Virus record (IMG/VR): IMGVR_UViG_3300034012_003212
Span: 186,001-250,000 of that record
DNA length: 64,000 nt
Reading direction: 5' to 3' (one strand)
This document shows positions 1 to 8,744 of the stretch, piece after piece. Positions within the stretch are counted from its first letter, which is position 1. Each line of letters opens with the position of its first letter. The notes beneath the pieces are model-generated. The model ran no database searches. It had not been told where the DNA came from and saw nothing but the letters and a program-made list of their open reading frames with translations. Position numbers and translations under genes: made by a program.

Positions 1-36
1 CTGTCCCGATCCGTCGGAAGTCGGTTGGTTATCCAC

Positions 37-273
37 TCACTCATCTGTTTTCCCTCCTGGATTGTCGCGACTTCCAAATTTCAGCTCATGTAACTCGTGG
101 TATATTTTAGCGTGTCGTTCGAATAAATGTATGGCAGTATTTAGCATCTCTCTGAGGTACAACTCATTCATAATATCAAGGTCGTGAGAATATGATCTGG
201 CCTCAATCATGATGGCCTGTACATGTTCCATCACGGCGATCGAGAACGAAGGTTTATTCTGAGTCATGATCAA
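37..273 (-). CDS. hypothetical phage protein
   Basis: 78-aa ORF in tightly packed minus-strand gene run. Confidence 0.6.
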   Translation of the reverse strand: MIMTQNKPSFSIAVMEHVQAIMIEARSYSHDLDIMNELYLREMLNTAIHLFERHAKIYHELHELKFGSRDNPGGKTDE

Positions 274-421
274 ACTCCATTATTTTAAAAATGATGAACA
301 CGATGAACTTCCCTATCCAGTATAGCCCACATGTGATTCCAGCAATTCTGAAAAAATGCATGAAATCACTGGACACTTCCCATGCGATCGATGCCATGAG
401 CACACCCATCAATATGTACAT
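254..421 (-). CDS. small membrane protein (two hydrophobic segments)
   Basis: Likely start MYILMGVL at 421; the longer ORF 254..598 runs through an AT-rich promoter-like region. Confidence 0.5.
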   Translation of the reverse strand: MYILMGVLMASIAWEVSSDFMHFFRIAGITCGLYWIGKFIVFIIFKIMEFDHDSE

Positions 422-533
422 TATGGTGTAGTGTATCGCTTGATCCGTTCCTCTCGTACGGGCCTTGCTATTCCGCGCATGACGCCTCCAAAAAATTAGT
501 GTGAAACGTTGAACTGTTGCGATCTGTCTTGTG

Positions 534-565
534 CAAAAATACAAAAAAAACGTGAAAGTTTTCAA
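534..565 (-). promoter_or_regulatory. sigma70-like promoter TTGAAA-N18-TATTTT
   Basis: Minus-strand TTGAAA...TATTTT in AT-rich intergenic DNA; same TATTTT box as the 57-bp modules. Confidence 0.4.
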
Positions 566-661
566 TTTTTTTATTTTTTGGAAAAAAAATATCCGCACGG
601 AAGATCAGGCCAGTAGCTCCTTTTTGTAGTTGGAGCGCAGTTCACGAATTCTGTGCCTGGC

Positions 662-877
662 TTATTCTGCGTGATCCTCAAACCACTCGATCCCGCAGAA
701 GTAGATTTCCCCATCTTCTGCCAGAAAATGGGTTATCCCGTGTGACCAAGATGGGTAGTGAACTTTCATGAGTTCATGATCCTCTCCGTTTATTGGCGTC
801 ACATCCCCGAAATCTTTCAGGTGGAATTTCCTGTTCTGGAGATACTTCGGAGTTGGACCTTTGTGCCATTTTTCCAT
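662..877 (-). CDS. hypothetical phage protein
   Basis: 71-aa ORF in operon. Confidence 0.6.
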   Translation of the reverse strand: MEKWHKGPTPKYLQNRKFHLKDFGDVTPINGEDHELMKVHYPSWSHGITHFLAEDGEIYFCGIEWFEDHAE

Positions 878-895
878 GATTCTAAAGTATTTGTG

Positions 896-1189
896 TTACA
901 ACCGTCCTTTGACCTTCCACCCATATTGGAGGTTAAACATTCTCACGGCTTCTTTGCTCTTGTACTTTGGCTCTCGGAAAGTCTTGGAATATGAATCAAT
1001 CATCCACTCCATGAAAGACCTTTCTTCCTCTAGTGTCCACTCTCGGAGCGCGTACCACTTGTCCTGCTCAGTGAACGCAGGGTCATAGCCGCTGAACCCC
1101 ACACGGCGGAACATCTCGTCGAGGGCTATTTTGCGGAAGTCTTCGATCTTCTTCTTTACATCGAGTGTGCTCATATAGTTTATTCCCAA
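896..1189 (-). CDS. hypothetical phage protein
   Basis: 97-aa ORF overlapping neighbour. Confidence 0.65.
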   Translation of the reverse strand: MGINYMSTLDVKKKIEDFRKIALDEMFRRVGFSGYDPAFTEQDKWYALREWTLEEERSFMEWMIDSYSKTFREPKYKSKEAVRMFNLQYGWKVKGRL

Positions 1190-1839
1190 TTGTTGTTCTC
1201 TACACGTGATTTTGCAGACTCCCTATCCACAAAAGTTCCAACATACTTAAACGAACGTTCTGCTCGAGACCATAATGACACGCTACATTTTCCGCTGTTT
1301 CGTTCCATACTTAGTTCTGCAATGACCTGTCCTTTTGCGTCTATTGCGAACATATTAAATAATCCTTTTTCTTTCCAGGTGATTGTGCCCGGATACTCAG
1401 GATCTGTGGTAAATTTAGTGGGTTTACTTTGTGCATAGCGAAGATTGTTGTTGATTGCGCGGATCCACTCTTTGCACTGAAATATGATGTACTCCCTCAA
1501 TTCTGGTGTTAAAAGACCTAAACCATGGTCGTAGCTCAGACAAACGTTCCCGATAAAATTATCATCAGTAGGAACGCTATAGGGCGTCTCCGTATTGCTG
1601 TTATCTTTTGTTTTTTGTGGTTGTTGATCTTCGTTAATTACATGGCCCTCTGGCGGTACCGGAGGCTCTGGCTTGACGTATGGCGCGGGTTTATTTGCAA
1701 TAGTTTGCCACGGTGTACCAAGTTTTACTTGATCAAACTGCTCAACATATACGTATCCGTCGCAATCTGAGATCCATACCTGTCCGTGAATATCAGAATT
1801 TTCTACATTTGGCAGCCTGTCTGTTATCCACTCACTCAT
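1180..1839 (-). CDS. hypothetical phage protein (MSEWITDRLP N-terminus, DUF551-like)
   Basis: 219-aa ORF; N-terminal EWI..RLP motif common in phage accessory proteins. Confidence 0.65.
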   Translation of the reverse strand: MSEWITDRLPNVENSDIHGQVWISDCDGYVYVEQFDQVKLGTPWQTIANKPAPYVKPEPPVPPEGHVINEDQQPQKTKDNSNTETPYSVPTDDNFIGNVCLSYDHGLGLLTPELREYIIFQCKEWIRAINNNLRYAQSKPTKFTTDPEYPGTITWKEKGLFNMFAIDAKGQVIAELSMERNSGKCSVSLWSRAERSFKYVGTFVDRESAKSRVENNNWE

Positions 1840-2044
1840 TTTCGCCTCCTAAAAAATTAAATTCTTTTGTTTCTTGCCTATTCCATCTGTCAATGAGCAT
1901 ATTGATATGCATCAGATGAAATTCGCCTTTTGTCCCTCTGAACCTGTCTGCACTCATCATACTATATCTCGTGGATAAACGCTTAGTCCCGACGTTTTGT
2001 TGACGTTCTATTGTGATCGTTATGAGTTCTTCGCCGGTTATCAT
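1832..2044 (-). CDS. hypothetical phage protein
   Basis: 70-aa ORF, start/stop overlaps with neighbours. Confidence 0.6.
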   Translation of the reverse strand: MITGEELITITIERQQNVGTKRLSTRYSMMSADRFRGTKGEFHLMHINMLIDRWNRQETKEFNFLGGENE

Positions 2045-2358
2045 TGATTTTCTCCTTCATTTACGAATGTTTGAATTACACTTCTCATACCAGTAAAGCG
2101 ATGCATTCCGGCGAGATCACACGCCCTATCTACGTTGTCCATGTCTCGGAGAAGAGCACGGAACGCCCTTAACATTAGTTCGTGTTGTTCTTCTAACTTC
2201 TTCACATCTTCGCCAATAACCCAATAACCATCAGCCATTGGATACTCACACCCACATTCGTCTATATCATATCTTTCTAGGGGTTTCGTGTTGTCAATCC
2301 TTTTTATTGTTGTTAATAATTCTACCGGTGAAGTAAGACCCAATGACACCCAGTCCAA
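2041..2358 (-). CDS. hypothetical phage protein
   Basis: 105-aa ORF, ATGA overlap. Confidence 0.6.
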   Translation of the reverse strand: MDWVSLGLTSPVELLTTIKRIDNTKPLERYDIDECGCEYPMADGYWVIGEDVKKLEEQHELMLRAFRALLRDMDNVDRACDLAGMHRFTGMRSVIQTFVNEGENQ

Positions 2359-2527
2359 TTAATCCCCCAAAACGTATCTCTGGTGTTACGAATGGAGACA
2401 TGAGAAAATAGACTATCACGTCTGTCGTTATGATTACTCTGATTAAGGGCATACCACGTTCCGATGTCTCCATGATATGTATCAAGAACTCACCGATTGA
2501 ACCGCCTTTTGAATTCTTACTATCCAT
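2294..2527 (-). CDS. small membrane protein
   Basis: Two hydrophobic stretches. Confidence 0.5.
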   Translation of the reverse strand: MDSKNSKGGSIGEFLIHIMETSERGMPLIRVIITTDVIVYFLMSPFVTPEIRFGGLIGLGVIGSYFTGRIINNNKKD

Positions 2528-2948
2528 TGGTTTTTTCTCCTATTATTTCAAATTCGTTCGCGTACATATAGTGGCATTGTAGTACCTGTCCAATATCTGG
2601 CTTATACCCGGCCTTTTTTGCCATTCTTATTACGTCAGGATATATGCTATCTTCTCCGTATGCTGCCTCTATGTTCAGAGTCTTCAGTAACATCATGTCA
2701 TCTTTCATTCCAACAAATTCAAATTCTTCTCGTCCTGGTATCAAGTTATCATCCGAATCAGACGTGTATTTCCTTCTGAGGATGACGCCTGGATTAAAAG
2801 GATTTGGGTCTTCATTATATCCTAGGGATAGGGCCCATTCAGTGTAACTCTGTACCTTATCTGTTGTCTTATCCGCACTTTTAAAGATGCGGCCAAATGT
2901 CTTTCCGATGTTGTCCATCATGACTGTTCTCCTATTGTTTAAGATCAT
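2520..2948 (-). CDS. hypothetical phage protein
   Basis: 142-aa ORF in operon. Confidence 0.65.
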   Translation of the reverse strand: MILNNRRTVMMDNIGKTFGRIFKSADKTTDKVQSYTEWALSLGYNEDPNPFNPGVILRRKYTSDSDDNLIPGREEFEFVGMKDDMMLLKTLNIEAAYGEDSIYPDVIRMAKKAGYKPDIGQVLQCHYMYANEFEIIGEKTNG

Positions 2949-3156
2949 TCAACAAACTTCTTATCTTCTTTGCTGCTTTGATTGCTTCCTGCTTCGAGGG
3001 AAAGAGATTCCCAAGTTTCCAACGTGTATAGTGATACCTTTCCTCATACTCATAACAATCAACCAATCCAGCGGAATATAAACACTTTGGCGAGCTGATG
3101 TTTACGTACCACACCAAGTCTTCCTCTTTCGGTTTCCATCTCTTCGTTTTCATCAT
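2932..3156 (-). CDS. hypothetical phage protein
   Basis: Start MMKTKRWKP preceded by AGGAG Shine-Dalgarno. Confidence 0.6.
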   Translation of the reverse strand: MMKTKRWKPKEEDLVWYVNISSPKCLYSAGLVDCYEYEERYHYTRWKLGNLFPSKQEAIKAAKKIRSLLNDLKQ

Positions 3157-3234
3157 GTTTCTCCTGTGTTGTGTGAGCCGTGGACAATAGTACCTATGTC
3201 TTGTTGTGCTCACGGTTAGAGTTGTGATTTTGAC

Positions 3235-4059
3235 TTATTGCACTGCCTTCAAAAAATCTTCTTCACTCCATACGGTGACGCCATGTTCCCGTGCTCTATT
3301 CAGCTTATTTCCTGGCGCCTTACCTACAATGATGATGCTTGTGTTTTTATTAACGCTCCCGGAGATTTTACCACCACGTTTTTCTATAAACTCAGTGGCA
3401 TTAGATCGGGTCATAGAGTTTAACTCACCGGTGAGAACAAAGGTCATGCCAGACCATTCGTCGGATGTTCCAGGGTTTGAAACATCGGAGTTCATATCGC
3501 AGTTTGGTGAGTAGACACTTATGCTTCGTTTTATATCATCACGCTGGCGAATCCGATGTTCCAACGCTTCTTTTAGAAATTCAATTTCACGTTCTATCCC
3601 CAATAAAATCATATCCGTATTGTTTCCATACCAGGGGGCGCACTCCTCATCTTTTTGTCCTTCTTTCTCGAGAAGATCCTTAACACGCGCACGAGGATTT
3701 GAAAAATCAGAATAGTACCACTCGCCTTTGGTGAAGATGTAACCGCACTCATTCAAATCATACTCTCCGAGGTCTTTATACACAACAACTCCGCCAAACA
3801 CATCATCATCGGTCACATCGGGGTCGTCTTTAAAGTCATCTGCATAAAAAACTGTTGCGTCCTTGTCTTTCCACGGATCTCCTATGCACTTTCCTAATGT
3901 TGTTATCTCGCCCCGTGAAAGAAGATCCTTAATGATAGATGCGTCTTTATAGTGCATCACAAGAATCTTTCCTGTGTGGGATAGATACCCGTCGGATGAC
4001 ACGGGAACAACTTTGATTGTTCCGTCTTCCATCTCCATAGCTATAGTTGCTTTTGTCAT
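3235..4059 (-). CDS. phage protein with C-terminal BRCT domain
   Basis: C-terminus GMTFVLTGELNSMTRSNATEFIEKRGGKISGSVNKNTSIIIVGKAPGNKLNRAREHGVTVWSEEDF matches NAD-ligase-type BRCT; N-terminal SDGYLSHTGKIL..HY phage domain. Confidence 0.8.
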   Translation of the reverse strand: MTKATIAMEMEDGTIKVVPVSSDGYLSHTGKILVMHYKDASIIKDLLSRGEITTLGKCIGDPWKDKDATVFYADDFKDDPDVTDDDVFGGVVVYKDLGEYDLNECGYIFTKGEWYYSDFSNPRARVKDLLEKEGQKDEECAPWYGNNTDMILLGIEREIEFLKEALEHRIRQRDDIKRSISVYSPNCDMNSDVSNPGTSDEWSGMTFVLTGELNSMTRSNATEFIEKRGGKISGSVNKNTSIIIVGKAPGNKLNRAREHGVTVWSEEDFLKAVQ

Positions 4060-4093
4060 TGATGCATCCTTTGATTGTGTGAATCTTCTTGGT

Positions 4094-4150
4094 TCAAAAA
4101 TAACATTTTTTGACGCACGGAAAAAATAAATTTTGATTAAAGATTGTTAA
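4094..4150 (-). promoter_or_regulatory. 57-bp conserved early-promoter-like module, copy 1
   Basis: TCAAAAATAA..TTTTTTG-N7-GAAAAAATA...TTAAA..TTGTTAA; four equal-length copies. Confidence 0.7.
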
Positions 4151-4380
4151 TCTCTTTCCCTGCTGTTCATCAAAACTGCAATTTCTGGCATCATCGACAC
4201 AATCGTGAGTCCTATCATGATGGGCATGGTTAATAGTAGTGCACAGTTTGTCAAGCAGTCCGTCCACCCAGAATCCGGCATGACCATCGCATTGTGCACG
4301 TGCGCGAGGCTCCTCACATATGCTGCAAATATCAAAACAAGCATGAGGACCTTCATCATTAGAATGTTCTTGTGTTTCAT
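4147..4380 (-). CDS. two-TM small membrane protein (holin-like candidate)
   Basis: Two hydrophobic helices, AAGGAG SD, directly downstream of muramidase. Confidence 0.5.
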   Translation of the reverse strand: MKHKNILMMKVLMLVLIFAAYVRSLAHVHNAMVMPDSGWTDCLTNCALLLTMPIMIGLTIVSMMPEIAVLMNSRERD

Positions 4381-4411
4381 GGCTTTCTCCTTATTGTTAG
4401 AATGTTGAACA

Positions 4412-4999
4412 TCACCCATTTGCATCTCGCATCAAAACAGCCAACTTCTCGTGGTACCTGTTCTTTCTGTACGCAGGACCGTTGTACCTTGATGCGAATG
4501 ATCTGTACTTTCCGTCTCTCAGAAGCCGGTCGAGTTTCTCATTTCTGATGAACTTACGGAACGCCTTCACCTGCCGTGCGCTATCGGCCCTGAACATCTC
4601 ATCGAGGCTAGAGAACCCGGCCTTCTTGTAGTTCATTCCCATTATCTGAAACATCCCGGCAGAACTGCTCATGAGGGCTGCGCGGTAGTTCATTCTTCTC
4701 GCTTGGTCGAAAGTCTTTGCCCTTCTTCCGGTCAGACGGCGGAACACGTGGCTTTCAAATCGGCGTGCCCTCGGGTTCGAATTGCTCTCGATTCGGGCTA
4801 TTGCTTTAGTCGCCATGATGAGCACATCGGGCCTTGGTTTTACTTCAGGCTTTGGTTCAATGACATCCGCCTGCACAGAAAACTGAGGCGCCATTGCAGG
4901 CGCAGGAATAACATTCTTTCTGACGGGCGGCACATTAGAGATGTTTGCGAGGAACACGATAGACGAGCAAGCAGCTAAGCACATCAAGAAGATTTTCAT
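4412..4999 (-). CDS. N-acetylmuramidase (DUF3380-type lysin) with N-terminal hydrophobic leader
   Basis: SSAGMFQIMGMNY..AGF and FASRYNGPAYRKNRY motifs. Confidence 0.8.
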   Translation of the reverse strand: MKIFLMCLAACSSIVFLANISNVPPVRKNVIPAPAMAPQFSVQADVIEPKPEVKPRPDVLIMATKAIARIESNSNPRARRFESHVFRRLTGRRAKTFDQARRMNYRAALMSSSAGMFQIMGMNYKKAGFSSLDEMFRADSARQVKAFRKFIRNEKLDRLLRDGKYRSFASRYNGPAYRKNRYHEKLAVLMRDANG

Positions 5000-5019
5000 G
5001 ACAGTTCTCCGTTGTTTCG

Positions 5020-5190
5020 TTAAGCCAAAAGATCAATTACATAATCAGGTTCGAGGCCTTCATCATAAAGGACTTCCTCCGGGTCCTCTCCGTCAATGAA
5101 CACACGGTGCCGCATTTCGCGGATCACATCAGCCGCCTCTTTGCGATCGAGACCGTCTCGCTCGATCAGCGTTCTCATGAGATCTGACAT
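5020..5190 (-). CDS. small acidic hypothetical protein (56 aa, below ORF-track cutoff)
   Basis: MSDLMRTLIERDG...DLLA, GGAGG SD, directly after 57-bp module copy 2. Confidence 0.7.
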   Translation of the reverse strand: MSDLMRTLIERDGLDRKEAADVIREMRHRVFIDGEDPEEVLYDEGLEPDYVIDLLA

Positions 5191-5250
5191 AAAACCTCCA
5201 GAAAAATGTGGGTGAATGTTTCCCGGTCCAGTATTGGTCCGTCATCTGGG

Positions 5251-5307
5251 TCAAAAATAATATTTTTTGAGGTGGGGAAAAAATAATTTTCGATTAAACG
5301 TTGTTAA
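5251..5307 (-). promoter_or_regulatory. 57-bp conserved early-promoter-like module, copy 2
   Basis: Aligns gap-free to copies at 4094, 10229, 10946. Confidence 0.7.
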
Positions 5308-5322
5308 CCATAGGCCTAAAAC

Positions 5323-5350
5323 AAAAAAAGAGGTTGGGAACCCCAACCTC
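5323..5350 (-). terminator. rho-independent terminator
   Basis: Minus strand GAGGTTGGG-GTT-CCCAACCTC followed by T7. Confidence 0.8.
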
Positions 5351-5403
5351 CTGCATCTTTAACACTTTAACATGTCATGGTCCAATAGGTCCCATGGCTA
5401 GAT

Positions 5404-5844
5404 CTAAGCGTTCTTCAATTCCTTTACAAGCTCTTCAAATGAGTCATTGTAGCAGAGTGTTACGTTGAATATCACTTGTGAATCCTTTGTGGCCACTACA
5501 TATGGTTCGTTTTCTTCAGTATCGAATTTGAACATCGGAGCCCGTTTCGTGTTTCCGGGGACTTGGACAATGCACAACATGATCCATTGGTCGGCAATTG
5601 CTTCATCTGTCGGCCCGTTCTCTTCGCCCATGGTTCTTTCGATATCGTTTATGAACAAACGATAGAGCTCCTTGATATTTTCCTTTGCCTCTTCTTTGCT
5701 GCCATGCTTCGACACTTCAATTACATCATCCAGATCAGGGATAAGGTAGAATTCATCCCGGTTGAAGGAGTAGCCCATTGCATAGAACGAGTCGCTATAG
5801 TTATTATGGCCGCTCCATTGCTCAATTAACTTAACATGTTTCAT
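5404..5844 (-). CDS. hypothetical protein, probable late/virion (MKHVKLIEQW N-terminus)
   Basis: 146-aa ORF, AATATATA box upstream, own terminator. Confidence 0.7.
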   Translation of the reverse strand: MKHVKLIEQWSGHNNYSDSFYAMGYSFNRDEFYLIPDLDDVIEVSKHGSKEEAKENIKELYRLFINDIERTMGEENGPTDEAIADQWIMLCIVQVPGNTKRAPMFKFDTEENEPYVVATKDSQVIFNVTLCYNDSFEELVKELKNA

Positions 5845-5870
5845 GATAATGTTCCTTTGTATTTTTTTAC

Positions 5871-5878
5871 TATATATT
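5871..5878 (-). promoter_or_regulatory. putative late promoter AATATATA
   Basis: Recurrent (G/A)ATATATA box upstream of structural genes. Confidence 0.5.
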
Positions 5879-5967
5879 CAAACCGGAGTTAAACAGCTAA
5901 CAGATTGATTAAACGTTTTAATGGAAGTGGGCGCAAACAAACTCGTAGTTCATGGATATAACACAAC

Positions 5968-6942
5968 ATGGAAAATATACTCATCACAGGGGGAATGGGG
6001 TTCATAGGCTCGCACCTCGTTCAAAGATTCACGCGAGAGGGGAAATACACTGTGTACAACGTCGACTGTTTGACATATGCAGCGAACCTCGATAATCTCA
6101 CAGAGCTCAAAGATGATCGACGCCACGTGTTCGTGCGCGCGAGGATAGATGATATGGAAAGCATGGACAAGCTCTTTGAGAAGTGCAAATTCACGTACGT
6201 CATCAATTGTGCGGCAGAGAGTCACGTGGATCGTTCGATAGAATCATCCACAGATTTCATAAGAACCAACGTCCTTGGAACCACGGTGCTACTCGAGTGC
6301 AGCAGAAAACACGGGGTGAAGAGGTTCCTGCAGGTGTCGACTGATGAGGTCTATGGATCCCTTGGCCCTGAGGGAACATTCACCGAAGAATCACCATTCG
6401 ATCCAAGGTCCCCGTATTCTGCGTCAAAGGCGTCTGCCGACCTTCTTGTGGCGGCGTTCTCCCATACACATTCGATGGACTGTGTCATCACCAGGTGCAC
6501 GAATAATTACGGAACACGCCAACACACGGAGAAGCTCATACCCAACACAGTGACGAAGGCATTCAACGGAGAGAAGATCCCAGTGTATGGAAAAGGTGAC
6601 AACGTCAGGGACTGGATACATGTGACAGACCACTGCGAGGGCATATTCGATGCACTCTTGAAAGGAAGACCAGGAGAGGTCTATAATTTCTCGGGTGGAA
6701 ACGAATTGTCGAACATCGATTGTATCATGTTGCTCCTGGAATTTGTTTCAGAATTATCCGGAACTGCTATCGAGAAGCTGAAGGATACTGTGTGTTTTGT
6801 CCAGGACCGTAAAGGCCACGACTACAGATATTCTATGGATTCTTCGAAAGCAAAGAGGGAACTCGGTTGGAGTCCTAAAGTACGGCTAAGCGATGGATTG
6901 AGAGAAACAGTGGGATTCTACTTTGAGCGCATGAGGCGCTGA
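5968..6942 (+). CDS. rmlB: dTDP-glucose 4,6-dehydratase
   Basis: ITGGMGFIGS, YAANL, AAESHVDRSI, STDEVYGS, PYSASKAS, NNYG, RDWIHV, DRKGHDYRY motifs. Confidence 0.95.
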   Translation: MENILITGGMGFIGSHLVQRFTREGKYTVYNVDCLTYAANLDNLTELKDDRRHVFVRARIDDMESMDKLFEKCKFTYVINCAAESHVDRSIESSTDFIRTNVLGTTVLLECSRKHGVKRFLQVSTDEVYGSLGPEGTFTEESPFDPRSPYSASKASADLLVAAFSHTHSMDCVITRCTNNYGTRQHTEKLIPNTVTKAFNGEKIPVYGKGDNVRDWIHVTDHCEGIFDALLKGRPGEVYNFSGGNELSNIDCIMLLLEFVSELSGTAIEKLKDTVCFVQDRKGHDYRYSMDSSKAKRELGWSPKVRLSDGLRETVGFYFERMRR

Positions 6943-7191
6943 TTACATGGAGGATTCCACTCGTAAGAGATCGCCGGACTCACAATCAAACGTGAGCAAC
7001 GCGCCCGATAGTTTCATGGAAACAGGGCCCTTTAATCCTGAATCGTGGGATGCATTTTTCAGGTAGCCCGACACGAATGTTATGACGAGGCTCAAGTCAT
7101 TTGGATTCTCGAACCCATCGAGGTATGGTCCTATGATCGATTCCGGGAGTTGGAATGTGTCGCCGGATTCTATGTGAGTGAACTCGAACAT
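6943..7191 (-). CDS. hypothetical phage protein
   Basis: 82-aa ORF converging on rmlB. Confidence 0.55.
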   Translation of the reverse strand: MFEFTHIESGDTFQLPESIIGPYLDGFENPNDLSLVITFVSGYLKNASHDSGLKGPVSMKLSGALLTFDCESGDLLRVESSM

Positions 7192-7215
7192 TTTTCTTTA
7201 GGCTCTTGCTGAGTT

Positions 7216-7275
7216 AAAAAAATGAGAAACAGGGGGTTGCAGTTTTTTTTTGGAGGATTGCGCCCCCTGCTTCTC
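7216..7275 (-). terminator. hairpin with T-tract downstream of tRNA
   Basis: GAGAA-CAGGGGG...CCCCCTG-TTCTC imperfect stem, then ATTTTTTT on minus strand; long loop. Confidence 0.4.
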
Positions 7276-7327
7276 TGCCAACACGTCCGCGATCAGCATT
7301 TCGTTCGTATGGCATCTATGTTCTTCG

Positions 7328-7400
7328 TGGGACCTGAGGGAGTTGAACCCCCAACCAACAGATTATGAGTCTGCTGCTCTAACCATTGAGCTAAGATCCC
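7328..7400 (-). tRNA. tRNA with CAT anticodon (Ile2-like or elongator Met)
   Basis: GGGATCT/AGGTCCC acceptor, GCTC/GAGC D-arm, GCAGA-CTCATAA-TCTGT anticodon arm, TTCAACT T-loop; lacks initiator features; no encoded CCA. Confidence 0.9.
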
Positions 7401-7411
7401 CGCGTGACAAT

Positions 7412-7816
7412 TTACAATGATAGATTCACGCCTATGCATGACGACAATCTATTTTTCCAGTCGGGCCAGATGTTCTTATCTATGAAAGAAAGATCAACAT
7501 CTGTGAAATCTGCGCCCGTGAAGTTGCATGAATAGAACGTAGGGATTCCATTCTCATCTGGCTTCGTCATGCCAAATCCCCTGCTGCCAGAGAAATCGGC
7601 ATTCGTGAAATCACACCGGTTAAGAATTGAATACGTGAAATCACAATTTCTAAGTATTGCCCCGGAGTGATCCCCGTCAAATTGTGCATTTACAAATGAT
7701 GCGCCAACGATCTCAGTTCTAATGTCCTTAGGGAAGTAATCGCCTGCCGCATCCTCATCTGAAGAAGCCTCATGCATCTTTGAGTATCTCTCAAATGATT
7801 CGACTCTGTTATCCAT
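7412..7816 (-). CDS. pentapeptide-repeat protein
   Basis: ASFVN AQFDG ... AILRN CDFTY SILNR CDFTN ADFSG repeats. Confidence 0.8.
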   Translation of the reverse strand: MDNRVESFERYSKMHEASSDEDAAGDYFPKDIRTEIVGASFVNAQFDGDHSGAILRNCDFTYSILNRCDFTNADFSGSRGFGMTKPDENGIPTFYSCNFTGADFTDVDLSFIDKNIWPDWKNRLSSCIGVNLSL

Positions 7817-7840
7817 AATTCAATCCTAGTATGACGGCGA

Positions 7841-8092
7841 TTAATTGATGATCTGCTTCGTTATCCTGGCCTCGCAACGGTTCTCATTGAGGACCGAATG
7901 GATCTTGTCTTCTGCTTTCCTTGCGCTCTTCGTGTACTTGAACCGGGCGACAATGAAGTTCTCACTCTCGGCCATCGACACTCTGTTTGCTATTCCTATG
8001 TTAGATAGAATTTGATTCTTCATTCTCGCTGTGTTCATTCCTTCAGGGAAGTCCACTCTGAGCTCTATCACATGTGTCTTTTTGACGTTCAT
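7841..8092 (-). CDS. hypothetical phage protein
   Basis: 83-aa ORF. Confidence 0.6.
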   Translation of the reverse strand: MNVKKTHVIELRVDFPEGMNTARMKNQILSNIGIANRVSMAESENFIVARFKYTKSARKAEDKIHSVLNENRCEARITKQIIN

Positions 8093-8172
8093 ATAAAATC
8101 CGTCTGATATAGTTAAACATTTCCAAGCCCCCCTTTTTGTTACCGTTAGATGATCGATAAATCTTCCTCTAG

Positions 8173-8246
8173 TACACCCGATAGGAATCGAACCTACAAC
8201 CTAGAGTTTAGGAAACTCTTGCTCTGTCCAGTTGAGCTACGGGTGC
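8173..8246 (-). tRNA. tRNA-Arg(CCT)
   Basis: GCACCCG/CGGGTGT acceptor, AGAGT-TTCCTAA-ACTCT anticodon arm, GGTTCGATTCC T-arm. Confidence 0.92.
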
Positions 8247-8328
8247 ATCGTTTGATTCCCTCGATGCGCAAATTTAAATAATATCTTTTTAACAAAAAAA
8301 GATTTTTTTGTTTTTTTTTTCAGGAGTC

Positions 8329-8658
8329 CTAGGAGATACTTCGGTATGCATCAAGGAGAAGGTTCAAAGATTCAATCTCCTTCTCGAGGTCATTCTTTTC
8401 AATGATCAGCTTCTTGATTGTGTTCCTCAGTGCCATGACTTCCGTGCTGTTTCCGCCTGTTCTCACCGTCATGTTGGTATACATGTCAGGGTATGTAACT
8501 TCCCTAAATTCTTGGTCAAGTGCTCCCGAAATCATGATGTTTCCGCATGAACACGAAGGGGCGTAATTTTCTTTTGTGCTCTCGATTATTTCACAGCAGT
8601 TCATGCATTTGGCTGCATTGATCAGTATGGAATCCTGTATGCCTTTTGTTTCTTTCAT
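8329..8658 (-). CDS. putative Zn-ribbon protein (CxxC...CxC) with coiled-coil tail
   Basis: NAAKCMNCCEIIES...SCSCGNIMISG; start at 8658 chosen for AAGGA SD (ORF track extends to 8712). Confidence 0.6.
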   Translation of the reverse strand: MKETKGIQDSILINAAKCMNCCEIIESTKENYAPSCSCGNIMISGALDQEFREVTYPDMYTNMTVRTGGNSTEVMALRNTIKKLIIEKNDLEKEIESLNLLLDAYRSIS

Positions 8659-8744
8659 GGTCCTTCTTGTATTTTTTGTGTTACTTGTTTCTTTTATATG
8701 AGTCTGATCCATTTGTTACAATTACAATGCAGCAAAATCTTGTG

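Noticed and set aside
3785-4059. Full NAD-dependent DNA ligase
   Set aside because: Only the BRCT domain is present; no KxDG adenylation motif, OB fold or HhH domains.
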